Shown here in pieces: positions 1 to 12,589 of a DNA stretch of 64,000 nt (the stretch's first letter is position 1; every line of letters begins with the position of its first letter). The notes under the pieces were generated by a model, which was not told where the DNA came from, ran no database searches, and saw only the letters and a list, made by a program, of their open reading frames with translations. The translations under genes and the position numbers were made by a program. Source of the DNA: Eledone cirrhosa (lineage: Eukaryota); NCBI GenBank assembly GCA_964016885.1, contig OZ024743.1, positions 334,180,001 through 334,244,000 on the forward strand, read 5' to 3'.

Positions 1-42
1 ACATTCTGTGACCTCTTCAGTCTGTCAAACTACATCCAGGCA

Positions 43-2166
43 ATGCAACCCCACATCACTAACACAAGAGAAGTAACACCACAAGAGCATGAGGATAGGG
101 AAAAAGCCCTCAATGCCCATAAGATGATGTGGACAAATATAATGCAGCCCAACAAAAGGACTGCCAACAACTTCCAGGCCTGGAACAATGACGTGCCAGC
201 GTTGTATGGGCTTCGAAAAGACTATAAAACGAGTAGTGACTCTGTCACAGGACCACCAACAAGGGCGTATGATGGGGCGTATGATCAGGGAGAGGAAGTA
301 GGAAAGTATGTAGTTACTAGCTATGTTAGCTCCACAGACTGCTGTGGAGCTAACATTGCTAGTAACTACAGACTTTCCTACTTCCTCTCCCTGATCATAC
401 GCCCTATCATTGAAATATCCCCAGATGTATGTGACAGCACGGAGGACCTCCCCAGCAGAATCGGCGAGAGTAACCGATCTAGGGACCAAACAAACTGCAT
501 AATAGGTAGTATGGATGTTGTGTCCCTGTATCCATCTATTGACGTGGATTTTGCTGTGGAGAAATGCGTAGAAATGATCAGTGAGAGCAATGTTGAATTC
601 CGTGGGATTGATACCAGTGAGCTGGGACTCCTACTTAAACTTACCTATAGTAATAATGATCTAGATACATATGGCCTTACCAACCTGTGCCCTACAAGAC
701 CAGCAAGAGGCAGACCACCTACCATTACCTCAATGGCCAAGAAAACCTACACAGATAGATGGAACGGGTGGACCAGAGCCATACGGACCCCCGAAAACCA
801 CGATGAACTAAAGAAAATGATTGCACATGCGGTGGGGGCCAGCATAAAATTAACCCTTAAGGAACATGTTCAAATTTAATGGAAAAACATATGCCTAAGA
901 GGAGGGAGCAGCCATTGGTGTTAACATTGCAGGCGACATAGCTAACCTATTCATGGTATGGTGGGACAGTAGACTTAAACTTAAACTTAAAGAACAATTA
1001 GAAAACCCCTTAACCCTGATAATGGACTCCCGCTACGTTGATGATATAAACATCGTAGTAAAAACACCCCCACTAGAGAACAGTCAGGAATTAGAGAAAA
1101 ACACCATGGAAAGCATCCAGCAAATAGCTAACTCCGTCCACCAGAGTATTAGAGTTACTATAGACTACCCAAGCAAACACCCCAACCATCGATTACCTGT
1201 ACTAGACACAGAGCTCTGGTTAGATACCATTAATAACAAAAAACAAATCCTCCATTCCCATTATGCCAAACCCATGACTTCCAAATATCTGATCCACCGA
1301 AACTCAGCTGTTTCGGAGCATACCAAAATCAACATACTGATTGCGGATTTGGTATGAGAAACGTATCCCGCATGTGCAACCCCAAAGAACTAGAGAGACA
1401 CATACAACACTTCATCCACCGTATGCAGTTCTCTGGTTACAATCAGAGAGATAAAATCAGAGTGTATAGAGGAGCCAGAACCAAATGGGAAAAAATGGAA
1501 AAAATGGTAAATAATGACACAAATGGGACCTGCCCCTTGTATAGGAGCAAATTTTGGAATAGAATAGAAAGAAGTAGGAATAAGGTTAATAGAATCAACA
1601 CATGGTATGATAGCAATAAATACCAGAGTGTAATGTTCATCAATACAACCCCTAGAGGTGAATTAGCTTACACATTTAGAAGGGCCCTAGATAAAGATAA
1701 ACTCAATATTAAGATAGTAGAAAGACCAGGTACCTCCATAAAAACACTTATTAGCAATACATACCCCTTTCAAAGACCTCCCTGTATAGATAAGAAATGT
1801 ATAATCTGTAAATTAAGCCCCCATATTAACTGTAAAACTAGAAATGTAGTATATAGCATAAGATGTACTGAAGGACAATGTAGAGATAAGAATATAGTGT
1901 ACATAGGTGAGACAGCTCGTAGTGTAGAGGAACGGATAAATGAACACTGGCGAGACCTTCAAGATAGTAAAGATTCATCTGTACTCTACCAACATGCTAA
2001 AATAGAACATAAGGGTAAATTAGAGAACATAGAAATAAAAATAGAATCTACACACAGAAAAGACGCAATGTTTAGACAAATCACAGAGGCAATACACATA
2101 AATGAACTCCAACCAAAATTAAATAGAAAACATGAATGGAACAGCAACATCACAAGTTATAATTAA
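43..2166 (+). pseudogene. Penelope-like element ORF (reverse transcriptase + C-terminal GIY-YIG endonuclease), broken by two frameshifts (~870, ~1354)
   Basis: Three consecutive ORFs carry GSMDVVSLYPSI (RT motif A), GAAIG..IANLFM (B'), SRYVDDI (C), LPVLD / HYAKP (thumb), a Cys-rich linker CIDKKCIIC, and CKTRNVVYSIRC..YIGETARS..RINEH..R.ITEA..I..P.LN (GIY-YIG). Confidence 0.93.
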
Positions 2167-2365
2167 GGACAAAATGAAAACACACACGCACATAGAACAA
2201 ACAACAAAACAGTAACATGTAAATAAACAAATAAATAAACAAATATAAACACACACAGACACCCGGATGTAACACATGCGCAAACTAAGCACACAACACA
2301 CACAAAAACAAGATGGCGTAGGACAGAACAAAGGAGAGGCACAAAAACAAAGAAAAGAATCCCCA

Positions 2366-2408
2366 GTCACTGAAGAGGTCACAGAATGTTTGACAAAAGA
2401 ACTTTGAC
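2366..2408 (+). ncRNA. Type I hammerhead ribozyme, degenerate copy (family A)
   Basis: gtca CTGAAGA g gtcaca-gaatg-tttgac AAAAG aa CTT tgac; GAAA is mutated to AAAA relative to the 17271 copy. Confidence 0.6.
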
Positions 2409-2620
2409 AATATATAAACAATCATCTGGTTGTGGAACCAAACAACAAACCAACCGGAAATTTATAAATTCCTAAATTTATAAATTTATTATAATAAATT
2501 GATGTAAAAGCAACTGGTGCGTGTGTTTCTTATTGGCAACATGACCCTCCCAAAGTATAACAATATCGGTTTCAACACACGTTTTCAGATAAAGAACCTT
2601 GCTAAACAAATTCAGAAACG

Positions 2621-2690
<70 letters not shown>

Positions 2691-2892
2691 CGAAGGAAAT
2701 GTGGTAAGGAACCAGATGGACCATAACGCACCAAAGTACTCGATACTTAGGGTAGTAGAGTGGGTGATAGGAACGAGTAGGACCCCGACGGCTGAGCTCA
2801 AGCCGTTTCTGAGAATTAGCCGTCGAAACGGCTTGAGCTCAGCCGTCGGGGTCCTACTCGTTCCTATATATATATATATATATATATATCTC

Positions 2893-3802
2893 TTCCACTC
2901 ACTCACTCACTGTTTCTCCCCTTCTCACTTCACCCCGTTCGCGACGAAAACAAATTCCTTCTTTCTTACATTTGGATTCATCTCGAAAGTTCTTTTTTCT
3001 ACGCACTCATATATTCACCCAGCTTATGCTGACAGAATAACTATGTAGCTTGTGCCCTTCCTATCTACGGTTAGCTTTCCTCTTTGTTGTTACTTGTCTC
3101 ACTCGCTTTACGCGTTTTAATTGTCCTAATAACTTAATTTAGTTATTATTGCACCAACGTGAGGTATATGATTTTTAATGCAATGAAATATCTATGATCG
3201 TTGGCAAATCACTGATGAGGGACTCATTTTATAACATGTTATCCATGTGCAACCTGCAGTATTCTTCTCCCCATTTTTTCACATATATTTACCTAAACTG
3301 CGATTCTGTATTTCTCTCTCTCTCTCTTACTGCTCCCTCGTTCTCTCTGTTTCTCTTACTTTCTTTCACCCCCTCTGTCATGTCAGTTAACACTTTCTCT
3401 CTACCCTCTTCCTCACACTTCCACTCACTCACTCACTGTTTCTCCCCTTCTCACTTCACCCCGTTCGCGACGAAAACAAATTCCTTCTTTCTCACATTTG
3501 GATTCATCTCGAAAGGTCTTTTTTCTACGCGCTCATATATTCACCCAGCTTATGCTGACAGAATAACTATGTAGCTTGTGCCCTTCCTATCTACGGTTAG
3601 CTTTCCTCTTTGTTGTTACTTGTCTCACTCGCTTTACGCGTTTTAATTGTCCTAATAACTTAATTTAGTTATTATTGCTCCAACGTGAGGTATATGATTT
3701 TTAATGCAATGAAATATCTATGATCGTTGGCAAATCACTGATGAGGGACTCATTTTATAACATGTTATCCATGTGCAACCTGCAGTATTCTTCTCCCCAT
3801 TT

Positions 3803-3807
<5 letters not shown>
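2893..3807. repeat. Partial tandem duplication, period ~525 bp (about 390 bp present twice), flanked by (TA)n
   Basis: 2893-3280 is nearly identical to 3418-3807; each copy contains CTGATGAG. Confidence 0.9.
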
Positions 3808-3852
<45 letters not shown>

Positions 3853-3904
3853 CTATGTATGTATGTATGTCTGTTTACGTGCATTGGGAGACGAGGTCTA
3901 AAAG

Positions 3905-4057
3905 TCTTCTTCTTCTTCTTCTTCTTCTTCTTCTTCTTCTTCTTCTTCTTCTTCTTCTTCTTCTTCTTCTTCTTCTTCTTCTTCTTCTTCTTCTTCTTCT
4001 TCTTCTTCTTCTTCTTCTTCTTCTTCTTCTTCTTCTTCTTCTTCTTCTTCTTCTTCT
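3905..4057. repeat. (CTT)n microsatellite
   Basis: About 50 perfect units. Confidence 0.98.
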
Positions 4058-4192
4058 ATTGACGCATGTGTTTGCTTAAATATTTTAGATCATTGGATAC
4101 CGTGTTCAGTTATTTTATCAATTATTAAAGACTAATATTTACTTTTATTTATTTAATTATTTTCCTGCTTATCTGTACAAATAATTAATTCT

Positions 4193-4233
<41 letters not shown>

Positions 4234-4930
4234 ATATATATATATATATTTATATATATATATATATACATACATATATATATATATATTTAATACAATA
4301 ACAGAGATAGTTTAAAGCTAAACTCTGACTGGTAACCATCTCACTCAACAAACATTAGGTTATATTTAAATATAAACCCAATTTAAGTGTTTGGGGTGCT
4401 AACAATATGTATAATGTGGAAAAACCAGTTGTATTATTTTATGAGATATAATTAAAGTTAAAGTATATCTCTCTTTCCAAACAATTGTTTCATTATAAGT
4501 TTTCTACAAGTTTGGGAGAATGTTTCCAGTTTATGTAGAAGCCTAATATATATTCATGTAAGAATATATTTAGGTGGGCACTTATAAATCATCAGTGGAC
4601 GCCCATTAAACATTGATATAAGAAAACCATTTCTTACCGCTGTCAAAAATCATGTCCGTAAAGTAGCTCTCTCTCGCCTCGAATGACCGCCAAATTTGAA
4701 ATTCCAGCAGTTTTTGACTGAGGAAGTATCATAGCGACACGAAGCGGGAAGGGGAGACAACTCACGAAATGAGGAAAAAAATAATAATATACACGCGGGT
4801 TAATTAGTTTTTTTGAAAACATTATCAATCCAACGTGTTCAAGAACTCAATTGAAAATAAAAAAATAAATATATACTTGTATAAATTACACATGCATATA
4901 GATATTTTCTTAGGCTATATATATATATAA

Positions 4931-5016
<86 letters not shown>

Positions 5017-5048
5017 TGTATACACACATATATATATATACTGTATAG

Positions 5049-5113
<65 letters not shown>

Positions 5114-5664
5114 TATATATATATAAAGAAATAGATAGATAGAGATAGAGAGAGAGAGAGAGAGAGAGATAGATAGATAGAGAGAGAGATAGATAGAGAG
5201 AGAGATAGGCGGACTGACATGCCTACACAAATATTCTTAAATACACGCGTGAGTGTTGTAGAAATATAACCGAATATACATATACATCATCTCCTTCACC
5301 CTCTGTATTTTAGCCTTACTTTGCAACTGGAAGTCAGTTTCTTTGAAAACGTCTCGAAATCTGACAATATCACTTTAGTAACTAAAAGAAAAGCAAAATA
5401 TATGCGTATCTCTACCACAAGTACACATAATATAGCGAACATTTAAAAAATAGATAATGGAATGCAATGGCTAAGCTAAATAAGTATAGTTTCTAATAAC
5501 GATAGCATCCACTTAGCGAACCTCTGGTCTAAAGAGTTCCTCGACCTTCATGTTGTTACAGCTCACACCCATGCAGGTTTAGCTGACCTCCTCCGAGGTA
5601 TATTTCGTTGGAGGTGTCTTGGGTGATTTAATGATAGGGAGCCCAGTCGTATCATCTCATTTCT

Positions 5665-5800
5665 ACAGCTGAGTAAACTGGAACAACGTGAAATAAAGTG
5701 TCTTGCTCAAGGAAACAACAGATCACTCGGTCCGAGAATTTAACTCACAACCTTTCGATTGCAAGCCCAATGCTGTAACCACTAACCCATGCGCCTTCAC
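5665..5800 (-). mobile_element. tRNA-derived SINE with CORE-like domain (further copies ~6080-6190, 21060-21180, 41365-41490, 59755-59885)
   Basis: Minus strand shows A box TGGCTTAGTGG-like and B box G(A/G)TTCGATTCC, followed by GTGTCCTTGAGCAAGACACTTTATTTCACGTTG; multiple dispersed copies. Confidence 0.8.
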
Positions 5801-8094
5801 GACCTTCTAGAAATATCAAAATCTCACTTAAGTCATACTCTACCTTCTTAGAAGGAGAATGATACATTGGTTAATATGATCGTGACTACATAATGGCTGA
5901 ATAAAAACCGGATGATCACAGTTGGAATACATTTAAACACATATCTATTCAGGAGGAGGAGGAAGAAGAAAACGATCGACAAATTCCCAGACGTCATTCG
6001 CTTGCTGAGTGGGGTGGACCTCGTCAAATCGTAACAAGGAAACAATGTTTCCATTGGTCTTTCCATTGCTGAGTCCTGGCAGAAGGAACAACGTAAAAAT
6101 AAAGTGTCTTGTTCAAGGACACAACCCATCACCCGGTCCGAGAATTGAACTCGCAATCTCACGATTGCGAATCCAATTCTCTAACCACTAACTGTATCTA
6201 TTCAATAAAAGGCTAATCTGACAAAACAAAACAACAACAACGTCGACGACGACGACAACGACGTTGACAACAACGGCAAAGACGACGAAGACGACAACGA
6301 CGTTGACAACAACGGCAAAGACGACGACGACGACAACGACGTTGACAACAACGGCATTGACGACGAAGACGACAACGTCGACGACAACAACAATAGCAGC
6401 AGCAGTAGCAGAAAAATAAAATTTCTGTTTCGATCCTTCCAAATATTTCAGAAATACAAAAGGACATTTAATGTATGGATAAGGGAGGTGGTTTGACAGA
6501 ACCATTAGTGTTTGAGAAAGTGCTTAGTTTCGTAGGAAGAAACGGGATGTTTTGATGTTATGCCAGTCTCAAAGGTATATTTATACGTAACTAAAATGTT
6601 ATAAATCAAGTTGGGTACAATAGATAAGTGAAGATTTGAATTAAGGTTGTAACATTTATACGAGACGTCGATTTAGTAAATGAGAGGAAATGAAATATTG
6701 AAGCATTCATGTTTATTTTAAGAGCATTAGTCTTAGAAACTTATCTATTTCAATTAAAAACTGTCGAATGTTACAATTGGTACCCAATGTTTATTGGTAT
6801 GGTCACATAACTCATGATGGAATCGTAAGAGCACCGCAATGGTATACGACGTTTCTTGGGTATTTTAAACCTGGCGTAGCCCATCTTTCCAGGTCTGAAC
6901 ATAACAGATTTCTTCCAGAGAAGTACTAGACTGGTACTTTTTTTTATCGACATCGAAAGACTAAAAGGCAAACTTAACCTTGGTGGGATTTGAACTCAGA
7001 GAGCAGAGAACCGGAACGAATACCGCAAAGCATTCTATCCAACTTACGAAGCGTTATTTCTTAGGTTGCACGAAAAACAAATTTGATGAAAGAATGGAAT
7101 CTCATAGTGTGAGGTATTCAAATGTCTTTGTTGCTTAGGGTATTTTTAAATATCAATTCTTGAGATGTATGGCCGATCAACTTATCCCTTGTATAATACA
7201 GAATTTTTTTTCTTTCCTGAGGGAATATAATTATTTAAGTCATTCTCAGTTGGGAATGGAATATAGAAAAGTAAAGCAAAGCAAAAGAATTGATGTTAGA
7301 AAGATTATCGTTGAGTTAAATTCTTATTTACATTGAGAATAATAACCTTATTCTAAAGTTTTGCCTAGGGTAAAAAGGAAACTTTGGTAATTATACTGTA
7401 TTATAATGATTCAGGAATTAGAAAATATACGATGCTGTATTCTCTTGGTTATTATAGATCACGAAACTACAGTTGCCACAAAACTAATAACGTTATCAAC
7501 GTACATGACTATTACAATTAGCCTATACGTTGTCACTTGACATGCAATCAAATCAGTCAAATCTTTCTTAAATCATACTCTATCATTGAAAAATGTGAAC
7601 GCAGGATCGCTGAATGTTTAAGAATTTCGCTTTACACTCATTAGATCCTGAGTTTAATCCGACTGCTTTGTATCTTGAGGAGGAATTATTTACCACAGCC
7701 GCGGGTCAACCCATGCATTGTGAGTGAAACTGGGGAGACAGAAAATGTGTGGAAGCCCGTCAGATGTATTGCACCTGTAAGTCAAGGGACCAGCGTTATT
7801 CCAATCTGTGTCACATTGAATTTCTCTAGAATTACGCTACGAATACACGTGTCTGTGGAGAGCTTAGCCATTTCCAGATAAATTTCATGAGCCGGCTGTT
7901 CCATTGATCAAACAACTGGAACACTCATAATCGAAACCTATAGTTGCCCATTTCACCTTTTGAAAGATGTTTTGACAACGTAGAATTAGACACACCATGA
8001 TTTAAAAAGAAAAAAGTTATTATGAACATGGCTGAAACGCTTCTGACCATAGGTCTAATCAAATCAGAACTAAACGGGTGCTAAACATCGACAT

Positions 8095-8400
8095 CTTCAC
8101 TATCACCAGCCGCAACCTGGTGCAGTCTACGACTAACTCAGGTTCTGTTAAACTTCGGGCTGAGTAGGGCAAACTATACAAGTACTCATCGCTCTCCGAC
8201 ATGTTTGTGGTTGTGCCCTTGGCAGTGGAGACTTCTGGTGTCCATGGCCCCATGGATACCTCCCTACTCACCACCATAGGCGCTGAGCTGGCCAGCCGAA
8301 TGTGTGAGCCTTGCGTGATGGAATGGCTCTTCTAGCGCATCTCCATTACCATCCTTCATTCTGTCTACTGGGACTGTGGGGAGGTCAGCACGTGGGACAT
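8095..8400 (+). mobile_element. Degenerate 3' fragment of a restriction-like-endonuclease non-LTR element (CRE-like); related copy at 26645-26930
   Basis: Translates to AE..K..KYSSLSDMFVVVPLAVETSGV.GP; the copy at 26688 reads SDRFMVEPVAVETSGVL. Confidence 0.65.
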
Positions 8401-8911
8401 CATTTGCTCACAATACAGAGAGATGGGGAGGGCGAGAGAAATGGAGGCGATGCCAGTGGATCATGTGATAATTTCATTTTAGTCGTCACTATCACCACTA
8501 TCGCGCATGGATCCATAACTTCGGATTAAGTCTTAGGAGCGTCTTGGGTACCTTTAAATCTGGCGGAGCTCATCCCATCTCTAGGCTTGAACACAGCTGA
8601 TTTCTTCCAGAGAATAATAATAATGGTTTCTGATTTAGGCACTAGGCCAACAATGTTTGTGGGAGGAGAATGCCGATTAAATCAACACTAGTGCGTTACT
8701 GGTACTTTATTTTATCTACTCCGTAAGAACGAAAGGCAAAGCTAACCTCGACGGGATTTGAATTCAGAGAATGCAGAAAGCCGAAATGAATACTGCAAAT
8801 TATTCTATTCGAAGGGAGCTTTAACAACTCTGACAATTCTTTCTAAAGGCAATATGTGGTCGGTGCGGAGACCAGTGAGACCACTAATGCATGGGGAAAT
8901 GCAGAATATAT

Positions 8912-8984
<73 letters not shown>

Positions 8985-9029
8985 GAGAGTAAAACAAAGA
9001 ATCCTTTAATACATCAAAAGTTTTTATTA

Positions 9030-9067
9030 GCCGACAGTGTTTCGTCCTATTAAGGACTCATCAGGGC
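9030..9067 (-). ncRNA. Type I hammerhead ribozyme, canonical (family B)
   Basis: Minus strand: gcc CTGATGA gtcct-taat-aggac GAAAC act GTC ggc; all core residues and three stems present, GUC site; adjacent to (TA)n. Confidence 0.88.
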
Positions 9068-12022
9068 AATCAAAACAACAAGAAGTAATATCGGCAGATA
9101 CAAGCCGGAAGCTCCGAAGAATATGGAGTGTACATACACTAAAGTCTTGCAAAAATATATAATAAAAATAAAAATAAAAATAAAAATAAAAATAAAAATA
9201 AAAATAATAAAAATATATAATAAGAATAACTAAGGATGTATATAACATTAAGAACCATATTACAAATATAGTCCAAAGCAACTAACCTAAAGCTAAACAA
9301 ATGTGGTTATATAGAGCAGGAATTATATATAACACAATGTAATATAACATAATACATTATAATAATATACCTTTACCAACATTAAAATTACAATTAAAAA
9401 TCAAAAGGTACAATATATACATGTATATATGTGCGCACACACACACACGCACACACATACAACAATACGCACATCTATGTTCAACTACACCAATTAAGCC
9501 TTATTAGACGTTTGAATATAAAAATAAGCATGATAAGAGTGAAAATAATACCAATACGTCTACCCAATATACATGAGGCAATAATATGATATAATTACAA
9601 GAGACACATATAATAAATAATAAACAATAAAATTATATAATTCAATATAATATAATAGATAATCCCCGGTTAATTTACACAAACAATATAGATGTCACAA
9701 TAATAATATAATGATAATATGTTAACAATGTACTAACATTTACAATAAACAATTTATACAAATCCATTCATACTGGGTTACAGAGTAAATGAGGAAAAAT
9801 AAATTATACAATACTCAAAAAACACTATGATGGTACAGAAAAAATTATGATGGTACAGAAAAAAATATACAGACATTTTACATGATATGTAAAGTCTAAA
9901 TATCATAATGTTACATATAATGAACAGTAAGTAATAAGGATCAATATTACAATATTACAAAAATACAGACATCTTACATGATATATAAAGTTTAAATATC
10001 ATAATGTTACATATAATGAACAGTAAGTAATAAGGATCAATATTACAATACAATACAATAATATAATATATTATATAAAATAAATTGACATAAAATAATA
10101 TATAAAATAATATATAAATACTTATAATTACAAGGTTAGTAGACAGACATATGTGGATGTGTAAGTAAAGCCAGACAGTGAATAGTAAATAGAGTTTAAA
10201 AATATAGAATAAAATAAATAAATATAATCAACCGGAAATTACAAAATAAAAACAAATATATACACATTTAGGTCTCAAATGATGATAACAATAAGGTAAA
10301 AACTAAGGAAAACAATCACTTTAATTGACTCAAAACCCTATTTGATAAATTAATATTAAAAATATTCAAACTATCCAATAAGGTAGTATAATATTAGCTG
10401 TAGTTTAAGTCATTAAAGTTTATAAACTTTAATGTTTCGTTACAAATGTTTACAAAAAGGAATGAAATTTTTTACTATCATATACATAACGATATCTAAA
10501 AAACTGACTTAAGTAGAATTAAGGTAGGCTAATGGGGACAGAATTGAAGAAATATATGGAGGGTGCCAAGGGGCATAAAATATAGTCGATATACTATAAT
10601 AAATAATAGAACAGAGCGTAAAAGAGGGGGGGGGGTTAAATATAATCATAGTCAATCTGGAGGGGTTGACAATAAGTTTATGTGCGCATGAGGGGGGGGG
10701 GGGGTTATCCAAAGATGAATCTGAATAAAATTAAAATTAAAAATAAAAATAAAATTAAAAATAAAATTAATAATAAAAATAAAAATAAAGATAATAATAA
10801 AATAAAGTAAATGGCGTAAAGTGTGTAATCTTATATATATTAACAAGGTGTAATAGTGAAAACATAGATATGGTACAGTAGCCAAATGATTATGAGAACT
10901 AGAATGAAGAGTCATCAAAACCAATGGTAATAATGATGATAACAATAATGTTGGCAAACAAATGAACCTAAACTAAAAAATAAGTAATGGAATATATCTG
11001 CTAATGGGTACAATTTGTACTACTAGAACGTTTGGGTTTATAATAAAAGTAAGAATTAGAAATGGCGTGGGGGAAGAAGAGAATATCTCAGACTTTCTAT
11101 TAAGTAAGGATACGCTAGAGAAAATTAAACCGAGCATTATAATAAATGTTCGGTGAACCGATACGTGCATATATATATATGTGTGGATGTATATATATAC
11201 ATACTACTGTACGTCTGTATACATATATGTATGTACGTATATATACATACTTACATTTAAGTAAGTGCCGTACTAAGAGTGAGAAATGAAATTTCGTTTC
11301 ATTCTATTCCATTTATATATATATATCAGAGCAAACAACAGATCAGAGCAAACAACACGGACGCTCTATCTCAAAATTATTTTTGAAAAGCATTTAGAAA
11401 TGCGCAACCGGTAAAAACTTATATCCAAAACTGAATACTAACCAATACTAATACTCTTTTATTCCTAATTAAACTATTTTTCAACTGTGAACAATTTGTC
11501 AGCATTTTCTATTCCGTTTACCAATATATAATAACTTGTGTGTTACACCTCTATTCTTTTAACTATATATATATATATATAGATAGATATACATTAGTGG
11601 GTCACCACTGGATAGAACTTTTCATTCTATATAGTTAACCATGATGCGATAGTGTGAAAAGTACTCAACGTGACGCAACTCAATCATCTTTGGTGCAAGA
11701 TTCTGTTGGTGGTGCGTGAACGGAGTTAAATATTATTAAATAAAGTGACAGGAGGCCAGAAAGTTGATATTCCTTTAACATTTTTATTCTGCAGGCTCTC
11801 TATATATTTCAATGGCCAGTACGATTCCAGTGACATCATCAGGTACATTGCATAACAGTTATAAAAAAACACGGTGAACATAGGTTGTGTACACGGAGAC
11901 AAAAATAAAGATAAAAATACTTGATTCGGGGGCACCTTACATTCAGACTTACTGCTACTGATATATATATATATATATATATATAAACAAGAAGTGTAAG
12001 TCAACAGGTTAAGATTAACTTC

Positions 12023-12081
12023 GCTGTTATTTATAATTCAGTGACAACCATTATGCAACAGCTATGACCTCATCAGACAGC
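12023..12081 (-). ncRNA. Hammerhead ribozyme, degenerate copy of family D, inside fold-back 11985-12262
   Basis: gctgt CTGATGA [long stem II] GAAT tataaa TA acagc; homologous to 54858-54920. Confidence 0.6.
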
Positions 12082-12589
12082 TAGAATATGAACAGGAAAA
12101 ACAGAAAAAACATAACGATAGAATATAGCTTACGTCTGTTATTTCAATTTTTAGATATACTCAGTGTTGAAATTTGGTGTTGTTTTCTCAAAGTACCTGT
12201 CTCTCAAAGCGACTATGAATAAACGAAGTTAATTTTAACCTGTTGACTTACACTTCTTGTTTTTAAATATACTCCGGAGTAAACACGCCCACTTGTGAAG
12301 AGTTTTGTTCGACTGTTCTTTGAGCCGATTTCACTCACATTTGATGAGAAACACAACAAAGCAACTTATCTGTCTTTTCTTTCACTTTCTTGTTCAAGTG
12401 ATACTTGAAGAGGTTTATGAGGGCTTAACCGAAGCGGAAAAACCTAAATATGCCCACCATACAACAATTTTCACTGTAGCTACAGGAAGACGTACCTCCT
12501 TTATCCACGAAAAAAGGTGGTGGTTCGATTTTCTGGTATTTTTCCAGGAGGGTATCAATCACTTGAAGAGTTGATCTATTTTTACGCGG

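Larger units (their letters stand above)
1..2620 (+). mobile_element. Penelope-like retroelement with 3' pseudo-LTR and an inverted pLTR fragment at its 5' junction
   Basis: The ORF is followed by a 3' region containing an HHR motif and ending at (TA)n ~2622. Bases 1-21 are the reverse complement of the HHR segment at 2369-2389. The same 3' region recurs at 17263-17465. Confidence 0.85.

Noticed and set aside
25-489. Antisense 154-aa ORF resembling the PLE protein
   Set aside because: Mirror produced by the internal inverted duplication at 275-404
43-2166. Selenocysteine read-through or programmed frameshifting in the PLE
   Set aside because: Breaks are frame shifts plus an in-frame TAA (~896) without slippery sites, and the ribozyme copy is also mutated, consistent with ordinary decay
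3185-3250. Permuted (type II) hammerhead from GAAA..TA tgat..atca CTGATGA
   Set aside because: No stem II pairing between sequence upstream of GAAA and downstream of CTGATGA
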